Shown piece after piece: positions 21,018 through 30,859 of a DNA stretch of 64,000 bases; the first letter of the stretch is position 1; every line of letters starts with the position of its first letter. The notes under the pieces were generated by a model, which searched no databases, was not told where the DNA came from, and saw only the letters and a program-made list of their open reading frames with translations. Source of the stretch: Bdellovibrionales bacterium (GTDB taxonomy: Bacteria > Bdellovibrionota > Bdellovibrionia > Bdellovibrionales > Bdellovibrionaceae); NCBI GenBank assembly GCA_031370005.1, contig JANMPT010000028.1, positions 96,001 through 160,000 on the forward strand. The letters run 5' to 3'. The translations under genes were made by a program, and so were the position numbers.

Positions 21018-21772
21018 TGCAAGATACTCCCTTAATCGATATTCGCCTGGGGACAATTACAAAAAAATGGGCTGAAAACAATCATCTCTTTGTTCAGTAT
21101 GAAGCGATTATGACCAGCACCAATGATCGCGCCAAAGAGCTCGCCTTTGATGAATCCCTTCTCAAGGAAGGGCTATGTCTGTTTTTAACGGACCAACAAA
21201 CAGCGGGTCGCGGTCGGGGGAAAAACCTTTGGCTAGGATCAAAACCCGGAAGCATGCTGCTAAGTTCTTGGAGCTATTTACTCAATGTTAAGCCCCAACC
21301 AACCACGTCCTGCCTTGTAGGTCTTGCGGTTTACCGCGCGCTTTCAACAACTTGGCCTTTTCTGAACTGGAACCTCAAAGCTCCGAATGACGTCTACATT
21401 GGTGATAAAAAAATCGCTGGTATTTTACTAGAATCCATAATTCAAGGGGATGAAGTCCGTCTAATTTTAGGCATTGGAGTCAATGCACTGTCATCTCCAG
21501 AGGAAATAAATACTTCGAGTTCTATCTTAAAGTCTCTTCCTTCCGGAGTTCCACTTCTCGGGCAAGATTGGACAGCATGCTTGGATCGCTTGATATTTGA
21601 AATGACCGATGCGGTCTCTCATTGTGAAGATCCGCTGAGCCCCTCAGATCAGCGATCTCTATTGATGGCTTTAAATGCGCACCCTTTGCTAAAAGAAAAA
21701 TATATAGGACTCGAAGCTAATGGCACTTTGATTATGAATAGTGGCAAAAAAATCAAATGGCAGGAGATTTAA
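21017..21772 (+). CDS. birA: Biotin--protein ligase (BirA-like, no HTH domain)
   Basis: STND, QTAGRGR and KAPND...KKIAGIL motifs. Confidence 0.85.
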   Translation: MQDTPLIDIRLGTITKKWAENNHLFVQYEAIMTSTNDRAKELAFDESLLKEGLCLFLTDQQTAGRGRGKNLWLGSKPGSMLLSSWSYLLNVKPQPTTSCLVGLAVYRALSTTWPFLNWNLKAPNDVYIGDKKIAGILLESIIQGDEVRLILGIGVNALSSPEEINTSSSILKSLPSGVPLLGQDWTACLDRLIFEMTDAVSHCEDPLSPSDQRSLLMALNAHPLLKEKYIGLEANGTLIMNSGKKIKWQEI

Positions 21773-22321
21773 ATGGCGCTCACAACGACACCTTACCCGG
21801 AAATCGGCTTAGATTGCCCTGACTTCACCTTGCCCGCAGTGGATGGGAAGACGTATTCGCTAACAGATTGTGCTATGGGAACTCCTTTGGTTGTGATGTT
21901 TATTTGCAATCACTGTCCTTATGTTAAGGCTATCGAAGACCGTTTGATTCAACTAGGTCATGATCTTAAGGCTTTGAACGTGCCTGTGCTTGCGATTTGC
22001 TCTAATGATGAAAAAACTTATCCAGAAGATAATTTTGAAAATCTCAAAAAACGATGGAAAGAAAAAGCCTATCCCTTCCCCTACCTTCATGACAAAAATC
22101 AGCAGGTCGCAAAACACTTTGGTGCTCTTTGCACGCCTGATTTTTTCGTTTATGACCGTCAACATAAGCTGGCTTATCGTGGACGCCTTGACGATTCTTG
22201 GAAAGAGCCAAGCAAGGTGACCCAGCGTGAACTCTTTGAGGCAGTGAAACTCTTGGCCAGCGAAAAGCCCGCCCCACAACAACAAATCCCTTCAATGGGA
22301 TGTTCCATTAAGTGGCTGTAA
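21773..22321 (+). CDS. Thioredoxin/peroxiredoxin-like family protein
   Basis: CNHCPYV, CTPDFF, YRGRLDD and SMGCSIKW motifs. Confidence 0.88.
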   Translation: MALTTTPYPEIGLDCPDFTLPAVDGKTYSLTDCAMGTPLVVMFICNHCPYVKAIEDRLIQLGHDLKALNVPVLAICSNDEKTYPEDNFENLKKRWKEKAYPFPYLHDKNQQVAKHFGALCTPDFFVYDRQHKLAYRGRLDDSWKEPSKVTQRELFEAVKLLASEKPAPQQQIPSMGCSIKWL

Positions 22322-22322
22322 T

Positions 22323-22877
22323 ATGAGACTATTAAGAAGTTTATTGATCGCTATTTTTTTGGTTATACTCACTATCGGAGCTTGGTTGTTTTACTACTTA
22401 GGCGCCTTCAAACCTGTCGACATTACAGAAATACAAAAAGCGCCGATGAAAATGATCTACAAAGATCATACAGGCTCATATCATAAAATTGTGACCGTGA
22501 TTGAAGAGGTCGAGACTTGGGCAAAAACTCATAATATCGACTGTACCGAATCTTTTGGTGAATATATTGATGATGCCACTGTAGTTGAAGAACCTCGCCT
22601 GCGCAGCCGCGGAGGCTGTATCGTAAAAGACTTACCTGTGAATCTTCCCAAGGATTTCAAAACCCGCGAAATACCAGCACGTAAATATGTAATGGCAATT
22701 TTCGATGGCTCACCTGGTATTGGCCCGATGAAGGTGTACCCAAAAGCCGAAAGCTATATGCGTAACCACCAACTCACAATGGATGGATCAGTGATTGAGA
22801 TCTATGTCGTCCATTCAAAAAAAACCATGACAACGACATATCTCTTCCCTCTAGCTGAGGTCCCCCAAACTCACTGA
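22323..22877 (+). CDS. Membrane-anchored GyrI-like small-molecule-binding protein
   Basis: N-terminal TM segment; H-x-G-x-Y and IEIY motifs typical of the GyrI-like fold. Confidence 0.6.
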   Translation: MRLLRSLLIAIFLVILTIGAWLFYYLGAFKPVDITEIQKAPMKMIYKDHTGSYHKIVTVIEEVETWAKTHNIDCTESFGEYIDDATVVEEPRLRSRGGCIVKDLPVNLPKDFKTREIPARKYVMAIFDGSPGIGPMKVYPKAESYMRNHQLTMDGSVIEIYVVHSKKTMTTTYLFPLAEVPQTH

Positions 22878-23605
22878 ATATCGTACTGAGCCGTTACCTC
22901 AACACGGACCTTCACCTGACCAGCCATGATCTCTGTGTTGGCCCCGCCGCCGGCATCATAAGCCATAGCCTTCATCATGCCACTTCTTATAGGCATTGGA
23001 CTATTACTGGCTGCAACTCCGTGACTAAGCATCGAAACGCCTTTGATTTTTACATTTGCCGCTTTTGCGAGCTCATCAGCCTTCAGGCGTCCATTTTTAA
23101 CCGCATCACCTAGGGCGGCCAGCTCCAACTGCTGGCGCTTATCCGTGTCCCATTGAATTGAGTTTACATTCACACCGGAACTGTTTTTAGTAGCAGACAT
23201 CACCACAGAATCTAGGAGTGCGCCCAGCTCCTCAGTTTTTTTCAAAGTTACTCTCAACGTTTGTAAAGCCTGGAAGCCCACCATTTTATTTTGTTGGGTT
23301 TTCTGATCATAAATGTATTCGGGATTCAAAGAGTAGTTCTCGGTCTGTATGTCTTCTTTTTTAATTTTGAAAGCATCCAAAGTCTTTTTAACTTTTTGAA
23401 ACTCAGTAGCATTGAGGCTCTGCGTCTGCTTGGCACTGGTCCCTTTACTCCACACCTCGATGTTAAGAGAAACCAGATTTGGCTCCGCAGTCTTCTCAGA
23501 AAAACTCGAGACCACGATAAACCTTTCTTCTGCAAAACTTGTCGCGGACATCGCAAATGAAAAAACTAGGCCAAGTGCCACAAAAAAACTTCTGAAACTT
23601 TTCAT
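22871..23605 (-). CDS. SIMPL/DUF541 (YggE-like) periplasmic protein
   Basis: Signal peptide from MKSFRS (ATG 23605 overlaps the aconitase stop, ATGA); IQT...L.P.Y motif; C-terminal V.V.A.Y. Confidence 0.8.
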   Translation of the reverse strand: MKSFRSFFVALGLVFSFAMSATSFAEERFIVVSSFSEKTAEPNLVSLNIEVWSKGTSAKQTQSLNATEFQKVKKTLDAFKIKKEDIQTENYSLNPEYIYDQKTQQNKMVGFQALQTLRVTLKKTEELGALLDSVVMSATKNSSGVNVNSIQWDTDKRQQLELAALGDAVKNGRLKADELAKAANVKIKGVSMLSHGVAASNSPMPIRSGMMKAMAYDAGGGANTEIMAGQVKVRVEVTAQYDIQ

Positions 23606-25878
23606 AAAACTCCCGCTGTTTTTATACGAATTAAGTTCAATGCGGAGCCTGCCTTGAACCAATTGATTTGCTCAGCGATATAGCTATGTTTCAACTCGAT
23701 GGTCTCTTTTGATCCATCTTTATGTTTGATTTCCATTTTCACGCTTTTACCAGGAGCCATGTTCGCCAAATCAAGCAAAGACACATGATCATCTTCTTTG
23801 ATTTTTTCGTAATCCGCAGGAATCGCGAAAGTCAGAGCCAAAACGCCTTGTTTTTTTAAATTGGTCTCATGGATACGCGCAAAGGACTTCGTCACTACCG
23901 CCGTACATCCCAAAAATCTAGGCGACATTGCTGCATGCTCGCGAGAGGAACCTTCGCCGTAATTCTCATCTCCGATGATCACCCAGCCTTTGTGGGCTTT
24001 TTGATACTCACGAGCGATTTTTGCAAACTCTTGGCCGGTTTGGCCAGTGATTTGGTTTTTACCTTTACCGATTTCAGCTGTGAAAGCATTATCAGCACCC
24101 AAAAGCATATTGTTAGAGATATTGTCCAAGTGACCGCGGTATTTCAACCACGGACCACCGGGGCTGATATGGTCCGTTGTACATTTGCCTTTTGCTTTGG
24201 CAACCACCAGTTGGTCAACGAAATCCCGACCATCCCATTTCGTGAATGCTTGCAACAATTGCAAGCGATCTGACGTTGGGCTCACCGCCACTTTTGCAGT
24301 ACTGCCTTCTGGCTTTTGATAACCTTCGGTGTCTGGAACAAAGCCTTTTGCTGGAAGCTCAGGAGCCTCCGGTGCCTTCAATTTCACTTTGCCTTTTGGC
24401 GTCTCAAGCTCATCTAACAACGGATTGAAATCCAAGCGGCCCGCCAACCCCAAAGCCATCACTAATTCCGGAGAGCCAATAAATGCCAAAGTCTCAGGGT
24501 TCGAATCATTACGACCACGGAAGTTACGGTTGAAAGAAGTCACAATTGTGTTCTTCTCGCCGTTTTTGACATCGTCACGTTTCCATTGGCCTATGCAAGG
24601 ACCGCAGGCATTAGCCAAAACCGTGGCACCCACTTCGTTCAAAATAGCCATTTGACCATCCCGCTCGATGGTATTTTGGATTTGCGTAGACCCGGGACTT
24701 ACTAAGAACGGCTGTTTCATTTTCACGCCGTTATCCAAAGCCTGTTTTGCCACAAAGGTCGCGCGACCGATATCTTCATAGGAAGAGTTCGTGCAAGAGC
24801 CCACCAGTGCTGAAGACAATCTTGTTGGCCAACCCCTTTCCACAGCTTCTTTGGCAATCGCAGAGATCGGGCGAGCAATATCGGGAGAATGAGGTCCCAC
24901 CAAGTGGGGCTCCAAAGCCGAAAGATCAATTTCATATACTTCGTCATAATATTTTTTAGGATCTTGAGCCACCTCAGGATCTGCCGTGAGAAGATCCATA
25001 TTTTGATCAGCCACTGCCGCAAGCTCTGCCCGGGCTGTGGAAGCCAAATAGGCTTTCATCCGTTCGTCATATGGAAACACCGAGCAGGTGGCCCCGAGCT
25101 CGGCCCCCATATTTGTGATTGTACCTTTACCAGTGCAGGAAATGGATTTCGTGCCCTCGCCAAAGTACTCCACGATTTTGTCCGTTCCACCTTTTACCGT
25201 AAGCATTCCACACAGTTTCAAGATCACGTCTTTGGCTGAAGTCCAACCGTTCATTTTACCTTTAAGGTGAACACCAATAAGTTTTGGATTTTTTACTTCC
25301 CATGCAAGACCTGACATGACGTCAGAAGCATCAGATCCCCCCACGCCAATCGCACACATTCCCAAACCACCTGCATTCGGCGTATGAGAGTCCGTTCCAA
25401 TCATTAAGCCCCCTGGGAACGCATAATTTTCAAGGATCACCTGATGGATGATCCCAGCTCCCGGTTTCCAGAAACCAATATTGTAACGTGATGTGGACGT
25501 CGCTAAGAAGTTGAAAACTTCTTCATTCACTTTGTTTGAAGACGCCATGTCTTCGACTTTGCCATGATAAGCCTGGATCAAGTGATCACAGTGAACTGTT
25601 GAGGGAACAGCGGCCTCTTCTTTTCCTGCCAGCATAAATTGCAAAAGCGCCATCTGGGCTGTTGCATCTTGCATCGCTACGCGGTCAGGACGTAGCTGCA
25701 AAAAAGAAGAACCACGAACAAGCTCTTGATTTTGTGGATCATCTAAGTGCCCGAAAATAATTTTTTCCGCCAAAGTCAACGGACGGTTAAGGCGCTTACG
25801 AACAATTGCCAAGCGCTCTTTAGATTTTGTGTAAACATTTTTGACCATTTCTGGAGTGGTCTCGATTTTTGCCGACAT
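23602..25878 (-). CDS. acnA: Aconitate hydratase (mitochondrial-like type)
   Basis: [35 protein letters not shown] and GSSREHAA motifs. Confidence 0.93.
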   Translation of the reverse strand: MSAKIETTPEMVKNVYTKSKERLAIVRKRLNRPLTLAEKIIFGHLDDPQNQELVRGSSFLQLRPDRVAMQDATAQMALLQFMLAGKEEAAVPSTVHCDHLIQAYHGKVEDMASSNKVNEEVFNFLATSTSRYNIGFWKPGAGIIHQVILENYAFPGGLMIGTDSHTPNAGGLGMCAIGVGGSDASDVMSGLAWEVKNPKLIGVHLKGKMNGWTSAKDVILKLCGMLTVKGGTDKIVEYFGEGTKSISCTGKGTITNMGAELGATCSVFPYDERMKAYLASTARAELAAVADQNMDLLTADPEVAQDPKKYYDEVYEIDLSALEPHLVGPHSPDIARPISAIAKEAVERGWPTRLSSALVGSCTNSSYEDIGRATFVAKQALDNGVKMKQPFLVSPGSTQIQNTIERDGQMAILNEVGATVLANACGPCIGQWKRDDVKNGEKNTIVTSFNRNFRGRNDSNPETLAFIGSPELVMALGLAGRLDFNPLLDELETPKGKVKLKAPEAPELPAKGFVPDTEGYQKPEGSTAKVAVSPTSDRLQLLQAFTKWDGRDFVDQLVVAKAKGKCTTDHISPGGPWLKYRGHLDNISNNMLLGADNAFTAEIGKGKNQITGQTGQEFAKIAREYQKAHKGWVIIGDENYGEGSSREHAAMSPRFLGCTAVVTKSFARIHETNLKKQGVLALTFAIPADYEKIKEDDHVSLLDLANMAPGKSVKMEIKHKDGSKETIELKHSYIAEQINWFKAGSALNLIRIKTAGVL

Positions 25879-25996
25879 AAGAGCCTCTTTCGAGTTGATT
25901 TAATTAACATAATTTTGACGTTTTTCATGTTAATGAGAATCATCTGAAAGCTCAATCCTTAGAATGGCTTACGCAAAGGGTCGATGTCGGCTGATC

Positions 25997-26314
25997 TTAA
26001 CGAAAATCGCTAAAGTCATCACTGGAATCGGACTCTGGCATAGCCGACATTGGCGCAGACGGGAAGCTGGACACCGCGCTTGCATGGAGCTTTTTGAGGT
26101 CTTTCCTCAGCTGAGGGCAGCTGGCCGCCTTATCCATTGCCCGAAAAAAGTCCTTAGCCGTAACTATGCGCATTTCATAAGCGGCTTGAAGATCCTGAAA
26201 AACTGATCTTGTCGACTTATCCGCGTTGATGCACCTCATAGATTGCTGATCACTCAGTTTCCCTTGAGCAACAATTGACACTAACATAAGAAGCAAACCG
26301 AATAACTTTTTCAT
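25997..26314 (-). CDS. Hypothetical secreted protein
   Basis: GGAGG RBS before ATG 26314; signal peptide MKKLFGLLLMLVSIVAQG; two Cys. Confidence 0.6.
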   Translation of the reverse strand: MKKLFGLLLMLVSIVAQGKLSDQQSMRCINADKSTRSVFQDLQAAYEMRIVTAKDFFRAMDKAASCPQLRKDLKKLHASAVSSFPSAPMSAMPESDSSDDFSDFR

Positions 26315-26514
26315 AAGTCCTCCACCGCCGGGCAAATCATTAGCAAACTAAGTGACATGCCAAATGGAAGCAAATGGCTTTTAAGCGACAAAACCGCGAA
26401 TCGATACGCCAAAAAGCGTCACCATAAGAATCTCTTATAGATCTAATCCAAACAATCGTCTTGAGAAGATCCTGGAATTCTGATGAAAAGGATATCGGGA
26501 AAAGGGAGGGGCTC

Positions 26515-27426
26515 ATGAAACAGTCAATACTTAAAATAAGCTTACTAGCTGGTGCTCTTATATTTACAGCTTGCTCAAAGATGCATATGGGTGATGCTGG
26601 CTCATCTAGCTCTAGCAACGGAATTATCGGCGGCAACGATGTTGCCGCAAACGACGACATCTCTAAAACCACAGTGCAAATTTATACGATCCAAACCCAA
26701 CGTGATAACTTGGGGCACACCTCCATTTCTGGCGTTGCCGGATGCACAGGTTCAATCCTTGCTAAGGATATCATCCTCACTGCCGCACATTGCACGACCG
26801 AGAACCCTAATTACATCATTCTGTATTTTTCAGCTGTGCCGCCAAAAGACATGCGAGCCTTTCTTAATTCCATTCCAAGCAATCCGCTGGTTCGACGTGT
26901 GACGGGCGGCAAAGTGGGTGACAACTGGCCAAAACTTACCGCAGGCAAGACAACTGACTGGGGGGACATTGCACTCTTGAAATTCCGGGGCGGCCTTCCC
27001 GCTAGCTATAAAACAGCACAGCTTTTGCCAGAGAATATTGCATTACATGCTCAGCAATCAATCACTCTCGCTGGCTTCGGCATTACCGACGGCTTAAAAG
27101 AGACTCCGCCAACGAGTCTTTTAAAAGTAGACGTCGACATTCTTGATCCGAACTTTAGCAAAAGCGAAATGATGTTGGATACTCGGAATGGAAAAGGACC
27201 TTGCCATGGAGACTCTGGCGGGCCGGCTTATGTCTCTGTGAATAATCAGCGCTATGTTGCCGGGACCACCAGTCGCGCTGATGATAAAACCGATCCAAAA
27301 GGCCTTTGCATAGGCGATACAGTTTATACTAAAGTTCAGCCATACGCGGCTTGGATTGAGAACTCGATGAAAATTCTGCAATCACCGAAGTTCAAACCCG
27401 TGATGATCCCCCAACCTCGCGGCTAA
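26515..27426 (+). CDS. Trypsin-like (S1) serine protease lipoprotein
   Basis: Lipobox IFTAC; IIGG; catalytic triad motifs LTAAHC, DIALL and GDSGGP; GGAGG RBS before ATG 26515. Confidence 0.92.
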   Translation: MKQSILKISLLAGALIFTACSKMHMGDAGSSSSSNGIIGGNDVAANDDISKTTVQIYTIQTQRDNLGHTSISGVAGCTGSILAKDIILTAAHCTTENPNYIILYFSAVPPKDMRAFLNSIPSNPLVRRVTGGKVGDNWPKLTAGKTTDWGDIALLKFRGGLPASYKTAQLLPENIALHAQQSITLAGFGITDGLKETPPTSLLKVDVDILDPNFSKSEMMLDTRNGKGPCHGDSGGPAYVSVNNQRYVAGTTSRADDKTDPKGLCIGDTVYTKVQPYAAWIENSMKILQSPKFKPVMIPQPRG

Positions 27427-27447
27427 GGGGGCCGACGGACACGATAT

Positions 27448-28326
27448 TTAACGAGCGCCTGAGTTCATTTTTTTTAAAATACGTTTCAAAATAAATAAAC
27501 TTAGGCGTTGAAGAGGATTCTTAAAACCCCAGGGCCTCCATGTTTTAATAAATCTATATGAATAAGCATCAAATTGATATGCAACAGGTGCTGAGTTTAT
27601 ATTTTTTCTTTTTAGCAAAATCTTTAAGGCCTCTGTCGAAGCAGCACCTGCACACATTTGGCAAGCACTAGCTGTGGAGGGGCCTTTCTTTTCATGTATA
27701 TTTACTGAGCTGGGGTCTACTAAATATTTTCTGTGCAACATCCTCGGAGCCATCCCCAGCAAGAAACGAATCGACTTTTCAGTATCGTTATTGGCTTTAG
27801 AAAAGCCAAAATATTGATCGTATGTCATTCTGCCTGGAAGAAAATTTACCACAGCTGTCCCCATTCCTAATGGACCGGCTATCACAATTGGTATATTTTT
27901 TTCTTCGCAGGCTTTATAAACTAGTTCTCGAGCCCCCATCGCGAATACATCAATTCCATCGACATACACATCTACATCTTTTAAAAACTCATCAATATTT
28001 TTATTAGTTACACCATGAGCAAAAATATTTAAATCTAAGCCAGGGTTTATTAATAAAGCTTGTTCAGCCATAACTTTGACTTTTTCTTTATTAACTGTGC
28101 TCATATTTGCGCCTGCTTGACGATTGAAATTTACAATGTCAAAAGCATCCATATCAGAAATATTAAATTTACCAATACCAAGACGAGCCAACGTCAGCAA
28201 ATAAATACCACCGACGCCGCCCATGCCCGCGATTGCAACGCGGGAGGAACCTAATTTTTTTTGCTCGTCACGAGTCACCCAACCGATATTTCTGGAGAAG
28301 GCTTGATCATAATTAAAATCTGGCAT
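27448..28326 (-). CDS. ThiF/MoeB/E1-like adenylyltransferase (FeeI-like subfamily)
   Basis: FSRNIG, GMGGVG nucleotide-binding loop, D.D.F...NFNRQ, VDGID; lacks the CxxC Zn motifs. Confidence 0.85.
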   Translation of the reverse strand: MPDFNYDQAFSRNIGWVTRDEQKKLGSSRVAIAGMGGVGGIYLLTLARLGIGKFNISDMDAFDIVNFNRQAGANMSTVNKEKVKVMAEQALLINPGLDLNIFAHGVTNKNIDEFLKDVDVYVDGIDVFAMGARELVYKACEEKNIPIVIAGPLGMGTAVVNFLPGRMTYDQYFGFSKANNDTEKSIRFLLGMAPRMLHRKYLVDPSSVNIHEKKGPSTASACQMCAGAASTEALKILLKRKNINSAPVAYQFDAYSYRFIKTWRPWGFKNPLQRLSLFILKRILKKMNSGAR

Positions 28327-28399
28327 TTTTTATTCCCTGCTGAGATATAAAATTTGGATTTGTCTCAAAAAGAGACTTCATTTTATTTTAATTTTAAAT

Positions 28400-28426
28400 T
28401 TAAGTAAACTCGCAAATAGTCGATAA
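28400..28426 (+). promoter_or_regulatory. Putative sigma28 (FliA) promoter of the FeeM-like gene
   Basis: TTAAGTAA-11 nt-GTCGATAA versus consensus TAAAGTTT-N11-GCCGATAA, ending 29 nt before the ATG. Confidence 0.5.
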
Positions 28427-28455
28427 GTACTATGGTGACATAAGTCGAGGCTTTA

Positions 28456-29670
28456 ATGGGAAAATTAAAGAACATTATACTCAATAAACTACCGAATTGG
28501 ATATGCTACCCGCTTATCCGCGAATTTATGGACGTAAACATTGAGCCTCCTGGCGGATTGGAAATAAAACTAGCTTCAACAAAAGAAGAATTGCTGGAAT
28601 CATTTCGGATTCTACATGATGCATATGTAGAGCACGGGTATATGAAAGCTAGTTTTAACGGGAAAAGAATTATTAAGCATTTCTGTTTACCAACAACCTC
28701 GATAATTGTAGCGAAAATTGACGGAAAAGTAGTTGGAACATTGTCCATAATTCAACGAACAAGTCTAAAATTGCCTTTTGAAAATTTATACGAGATCCCA
28801 GAAGAGGAAAAAAAAAGAAGGATTGCAGAGGTCTCCTCCTTAGCCATTGATCGGAATTATAGGCTCAAGGGTGGGGCTATCTTTCTACCGATGTGCAAGT
28901 TTTTTTATCAATACGTCGCTAATTATCTGTATATTGATCGCGTGTATATCTCCGTGACCCCACAAGCCAGTAAGTTTTATGAGTCTATTTTACTATTTGA
29001 TCGCGTTACCCCCAAACCACTTAAGTATACCTTTGTTGATGTCAGCGTTGTTGTCTTAACCGCAGACTTGGCAGATCTTAAAAAACGCTTTGACAAAGTG
29101 TATTCAAATAAATCGGACAAAAAAAATCTATACAAGTATTTTGCTGAAACCATGTTGGATTCGTTGCTGTTTCCCGAAAGAAGTTTTTACAAATTTTTTG
29201 ACAACATATTGTCAGCCGAACTTATAACTGAATTTTTCGTCAAGGAATCAAACATATTAGAAAATATGAGTGTCGATGAAAAAAAATCAGTATCAGCTTT
29301 CCTGCCAACGGAACAATTCCAGGAAGCCCTTTGGGGACGCTTTGGAGCAAATAATGTACGCGGCCAAAGATTTTTATCCAAGCTATTGGTTGATTGGGCG
29401 GACACCATCGTTGACGTGTCCCTGGTTGGCCTGCGGGCCGTAAATCCAAAGAAGATAACAAATCAAATGTGGCTTGATGTTTCCGTGTCGTCTCATGAGA
29501 TTGCAAAAATTCAAATTGAAATTGTATGGATAGACACTGAGCAACGTCAAGTGGGGCTAAAAATCATTCAAAGCAACGACACCTGGAAAGACTACATTTC
29601 CTATCTAAGTGATGATTTTAGCAGTTCCAATCACGACAATAACATTCAGAAAAAAACAAAAGCCTCCTAG
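28456..29670 (+). CDS. N-acyl amino acid synthase (FeeM-like GNAT fold) with C-terminal PilZ-like domain
   Basis: AY...GY, VVGTLS, LPFE, AEVSSLAID, V.P....FYE.IL.F pattern; C-terminal RGQRF...DVSLVG. Confidence 0.7.
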   Translation: MGKLKNIILNKLPNWICYPLIREFMDVNIEPPGGLEIKLASTKEELLESFRILHDAYVEHGYMKASFNGKRIIKHFCLPTTSIIVAKIDGKVVGTLSIIQRTSLKLPFENLYEIPEEEKKRRIAEVSSLAIDRNYRLKGGAIFLPMCKFFYQYVANYLYIDRVYISVTPQASKFYESILLFDRVTPKPLKYTFVDVSVVVLTADLADLKKRFDKVYSNKSDKKNLYKYFAETMLDSLLFPERSFYKFFDNILSAELITEFFVKESNILENMSVDEKKSVSAFLPTEQFQEALWGRFGANNVRGQRFLSKLLVDWADTIVDVSLVGLRAVNPKKITNQMWLDVSVSSHEIAKIQIEIVWIDTEQRQVGLKIIQSNDTWKDYISYLSDDFSSSNHDNNIQKKTKAS

Positions 29671-29695
29671 TCGCAGCTAAGTGCAAGTTGTCTCC

Positions 29696-30859
29696 TTAGA
29701 CATAAGAACCGCGTTTGATTTTCTCGAGAATGATCTTCTCAGTTTTGATGGGATCGTTTGGATCCACGGAAAAATAACTTTGTTGCTCACAACGAATCTT
29801 TTCTTTGATTAAAAATCGGAGGATATCCGAAAGCTCTTTATTTTTCTTATCCAAGAAAAAGGGATCATTTTCAAGAACGTCTTTGGCTTTTTTTAAAGCG
29901 CGAGCCTCGGCCGGATCTGACTCCTTCACTTTGTAATGGGGAAGATCATACTTCTTCACGTCCTCTGGCAAGACGCCTAAAAATCTCACATTCGGAGCCG
30001 AAAAATCGGCATTCCGAATTAAAGACGCCGCTGATCCTGCTTTCAAGGTACGGAAAATATTTTGCATAGTATAAGCATCCAGATCGCCGAAGAAATACAT
30101 TGGAACGTCGAGTTCATCTTGGATCAACTTGCACCATCCACGAACACCATTTGATGGAACCCCTTGCGCGCCCATTAAAATACAGTTGTTACGTTTAGTA
30201 AAACCCATAGTCATCAAGGTATTTGCGGTACCTTCAGACTCCACCACCAAGCAGAAATCAATTTTCTTTTTGGCTTTTAGTCTTAAGCTTTGCGGCTTAT
30301 TTTTTGGCTGGTAAGGGGAAGTTCCCAGCGTGGAAAGATCCACCGTCGCTTTTTCACCATCTGCCATGGTTTCAGTCACCACCAGCTGTTGAGAATAAGT
30401 CTGCCCACCGCGATCATTGGCAAAACAGTTTAATTCCTCGCGGTAAACTTCAAGCATGTCACCGATAAAATCAACTATGGAATCGGACTCCGTCTGATCG
30501 TCGAAATCCAAGGGCTTCAGACGGGAATTGCCCTTAATCAAACCTTTGCTAATGTAGTACAGCTCCCTCTTTGTATTCACTGAGCCGATTTTCAGATTTC
30601 GCAGAAGAATTTCAAGCACGAAAACCACTCGGGCCAACTTTTGCACTGAAGAAACATTCAATTCGGTGCGAACAACTTTATCTCCAGGAGTCAAATAACC
30701 AACTTTAGAGTTGTAAAATGAGTTGTCCAAAGAGGTCTTGACGGCCTCAAGTACAGGGCGCTTCGAGTTCTCAAGGTCTTTAAGCATTCTCTCGGCCAAA
30801 ATTTTGGCCTCTCTAGGAATATCAATTTTGAGTTCACGAATAGCTATGAGCTTTGCCAT
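29696..30859 (-). CDS. top6A: DNA topoisomerase VI subunit A (Spo11-like)
   Basis: TKRELYY catalytic Tyr; Toprim motifs VVESEG, GVPS and DLD; adjacent to subunit B. Confidence 0.92.
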   Translation of the reverse strand: MAKLIAIRELKIDIPREAKILAERMLKDLENSKRPVLEAVKTSLDNSFYNSKVGYLTPGDKVVRTELNVSSVQKLARVVFVLEILLRNLKIGSVNTKRELYYISKGLIKGNSRLKPLDFDDQTESDSIVDFIGDMLEVYREELNCFANDRGGQTYSQQLVVTETMADGEKATVDLSTLGTSPYQPKNKPQSLRLKAKKKIDFCLVVESEGTANTLMTMGFTKRNNCILMGAQGVPSNGVRGWCKLIQDELDVPMYFFGDLDAYTMQNIFRTLKAGSAASLIRNADFSAPNVRFLGVLPEDVKKYDLPHYKVKESDPAEARALKKAKDVLENDPFFLDKKNKELSDILRFLIKEKIRCEQQSYFSVDPNDPIKTEKIILEKIKRGSYV

